Virus record (IMG/VR): IMGVR_UViG_3300005827_000094
Coordinates: 1 to 27,117 of that record
Strand: one strand, 5' to 3'
Source: a virus
Lineage: Duplodnaviria; Caudoviricetes
Length of the DNA stretch: 27,117 bases
Positions 25,776 through 27,117 of this stretch are shown here, one piece after another. Made by a program: the position numbers and the translations under genes. Positions within the stretch are counted from its first letter, which is position 1. Every line of letters starts with the position of its first letter. Under the pieces are notes generated by a model. The model was not told the DNA's origin. It was given only the letters and a program-made list of their open reading frames with translations, and made no database searches.

Positions 25776-25967
25776 ATGAAAATTTACCAGATACCGCAAA
25801 TTTCAAAGCAAAACATTTTAGACATGTTGAGAATTTACCATTTTAACAACATCAACAATTTGAACCATTGGCTTGTAAATTATGCGGATGGTTATGCAAA
25901 GCGAATCGTTACCCTTGAGGAAATGAATAAATCTATTGAAGCAACTCTTTATGAGGAATTCAACTAA
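25776..25967 (+). CDS. Early hypothetical protein
   Basis: 63 aa; GGGGGGA RBS; TAATG coupling to the next gene. Confidence 0.75.
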   Translation: MKIYQIPQISKQNILDMLRIYHFNNINNLNHWLVNYADGYAKRIVTLEEMNKSIEATLYEEFN

Positions 25968-26206
25968 TGAAACGAAAAAGACACGGTAAGCCCTGGACAA
26001 AGGCGGAATTGAACCGTATGCAAGATTTAGTTGAAAAAGGCTTTACCGTTCAACAAGCCGCCAAACTTCTTGAAAGACCGGAAGGGGGAACAGGTCTTAA
26101 ATTCAACACGATTAGCACCATTGATTTGCTTAAAAATGGAAATCCTGAAGATACTATTTTAACCTTGAGACAACGAAGAAAAGGGGGAAAATATGGGAAG
26201 GTTTAA
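25967..26206 (+). CDS. Small Myb/HTH-like DNA-binding protein
   Basis: HGKPWTKAEL..L...GFTVQQAAKLLERPEGG pattern; basic termini. Confidence 0.7.
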   Translation: MKRKRHGKPWTKAELNRMQDLVEKGFTVQQAAKLLERPEGGTGLKFNTISTIDLLKNGNPEDTILTLRQRRKGGKYGKV

Positions 26207-26399
26207 ACAGATTCAAAAGCGGGCGCATTTCACGGGAACCGAAATTGTTGAAACCCTCTTGGATGGTTCAAAAGTAACATGCAAACTTTATGAACCAATG
26301 GGGGGAACGGCATATTTCCGTTTTTATCTGATTCCTTCAGGAAGTGAACGGCGGTTGCCGCTTTCAACGGAAAAAGCCAAACAACTGTTAAACCAATGA
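26193..26399 (+). CDS. Hypothetical protein
   Basis: 68 aa; AGGGGGA RBS; overlaps both neighbours. Confidence 0.75.
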   Translation: MGRFKQIQKRAHFTGTEIVETLLDGSKVTCKLYEPMGGTAYFRFYLIPSGSERRLPLSTEKAKQLLNQ

Positions 26400-26611
26400 T
26401 TGATTTACACCTGAAAGAAGTGTTGAAAGAAAACGGCGAAAAGGTATATTATTGCATCTTGAAAAATGCCGATTCATCGTTTTCTTTCAAAGTTGACGCT
26501 AGAACGGCTCTTGAAGCGAATCGAAAAATCAAGCCGTTCTATCAAGCCATCAGTTCAACTTCTTTGGAGTTTGTAGAATGGTCAGAAATTATAAAAACCG
26601 TGGACAAATAA
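26396..26611 (+). CDS. Hypothetical protein
   Basis: 71 aa; ATGA coupling. Confidence 0.72.
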   Translation: MIDLHLKEVLKENGEKVYYCILKNADSSFSFKVDARTALEANRKIKPFYQAISSTSLEFVEWSEIIKTVDK

Positions 26612-26628
26612 GGGAAAGAAAAAGGTTG

Positions 26629-26760
26629 ATGTGGTTTGCGTTGTTCTTCTTTTTAATTCTTTTTTCAATAACAGGTACTCTTGATCATGAACAAAAAATA
26701 CTTGATCGTTGCGGAACACAACAGATTAGCGGCGGAATGTGGTTTGCCGATTGTCGATAA
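26629..26760 (+). CDS. Possible small membrane protein (43 aa)
   Basis: AAAGGT then ATG; MWFALFFFLILFSITG hydrophobic segment; overlaps the next gene by 74 nt. Confidence 0.3.
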   Translation: MWFALFFFLILFSITGTLDHEQKILDRCGTQQISGGMWFADCR

Positions 26761-26995
26761 CTTCAAATCGAAAGCCGAAGCTTACCGGGCGTTAGTCGAT
26801 CTTCAACAAAAACTTCAGGAATTGAAACAAAGGCCGGTCAGTTATTGCCGATATTACATTAATAATAATGTCCTTGCTGGAAGAAAGGAAAGCCGTAAAG
26901 AATACATTCGGGCAATGTTACGGGCGGGAATCGCAAGAGGAACCGCTGATTATGCTTGGGCATCAATCTTTAAAAAGGATGGTTTGCAGAAATGA
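26687..26995 (+). CDS. Hypothetical protein, basic C-terminus (possibly DNA-binding)
   Basis: 102 aa from ATG 26687; ATGA coupling to the next gene. Confidence 0.72.
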   Translation: MNKKYLIVAEHNRLAAECGLPIVDNFKSKAEAYRALVDLQQKLQELKQRPVSYCRYYINNNVLAGRKESRKEYIRAMLRAGIARGTADYAWASIFKKDGLQK

Positions 26996-27117
26996 GAAAT
27001 ACAGAAATAGAAGGGATTCTTGAAATTGATCATGACAGGGGAGTGATTTACTTTCACTCAAACGCGGCTGGACATTCACCATTAAGAATTTGTTCATTAC
27101 CTACGCCAATCCCTGAC
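26992..27117 (+). CDS. Hypothetical protein, partial (runs off the window's right edge)
   Basis: MRNTEIEGILEIDHDRGVIYFHSNAAGHSPLRICSLPTPIPD, open to the window end; ATGA overlap. Confidence 0.7.
   Translation, partial: MRNTEIEGILEIDHDRGVIYFHSNAAGHSPLRICSLPTPIPD

Larger units (their letters stand above)
1..27117. mobile_element. Tailed bacteriophage genome segment (siphovirus-type morphogenesis module, replication gene, early region); prophage or free phage undetermined
   Basis: Canonical order terminase-portal-head-neck-tail tube-chaperone-TMP-Dit-hub-fibres on the minus strand. No sheath gene, no host housekeeping genes, no integrase in the window. Confidence 0.97.

Noticed and set aside
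1-27117. Stop-codon reassignment, introns or inteins
   Set aside because: Genes tile densely under the standard bacterial code with TAA, TGA and TAG stops. TerL, portal and capsid have ordinary lengths with no intein or intron signatures.

Overview
The whole window is a tailed-phage (siphovirus-type) genome segment. No host genes, integrase, tRNA or CRISPR array were recognised. On the minus strand, reading right to left, it carries a primase-polymerase/PriCT-2/DUF3987-type helicase gene, an AT-rich repeat-rich intergenic region (candidate origin or packaging locus), and a probable small terminase. About 3.1 kb of small accessory ORFs, including a MazG-like NTP pyrophosphohydrolase, separate it from the large terminase. 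Then come portal, Mu-gpF-like head protein, scaffold, a YuA/M6-like major capsid protein, neck genes, tail tube, a tail chaperone with a lambda-type GGGAAAG -1 frameshift, a short tape measure, Dit, a 1161-aa hub, and a tail-fibre module. A divergent plus-strand operon of small genes starts at about 24.8 kb. Most notable: (1) three tandem paralogous C1q/TNF-like fibre-tip domains, one fused to the fibre and two free-standing, with near-identical DNA blocks; (2) an 11-bp-period CAAAGYA box found both in the early promoter and flanking a 23-bp inverted repeat between primase and terS; (3) related structured leaders before the primase and capsid genes; (4) modular intergenic repeats that divide the early genes into cassette-like units. 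Family assignments come from recognising motifs by eye, not from database searches.
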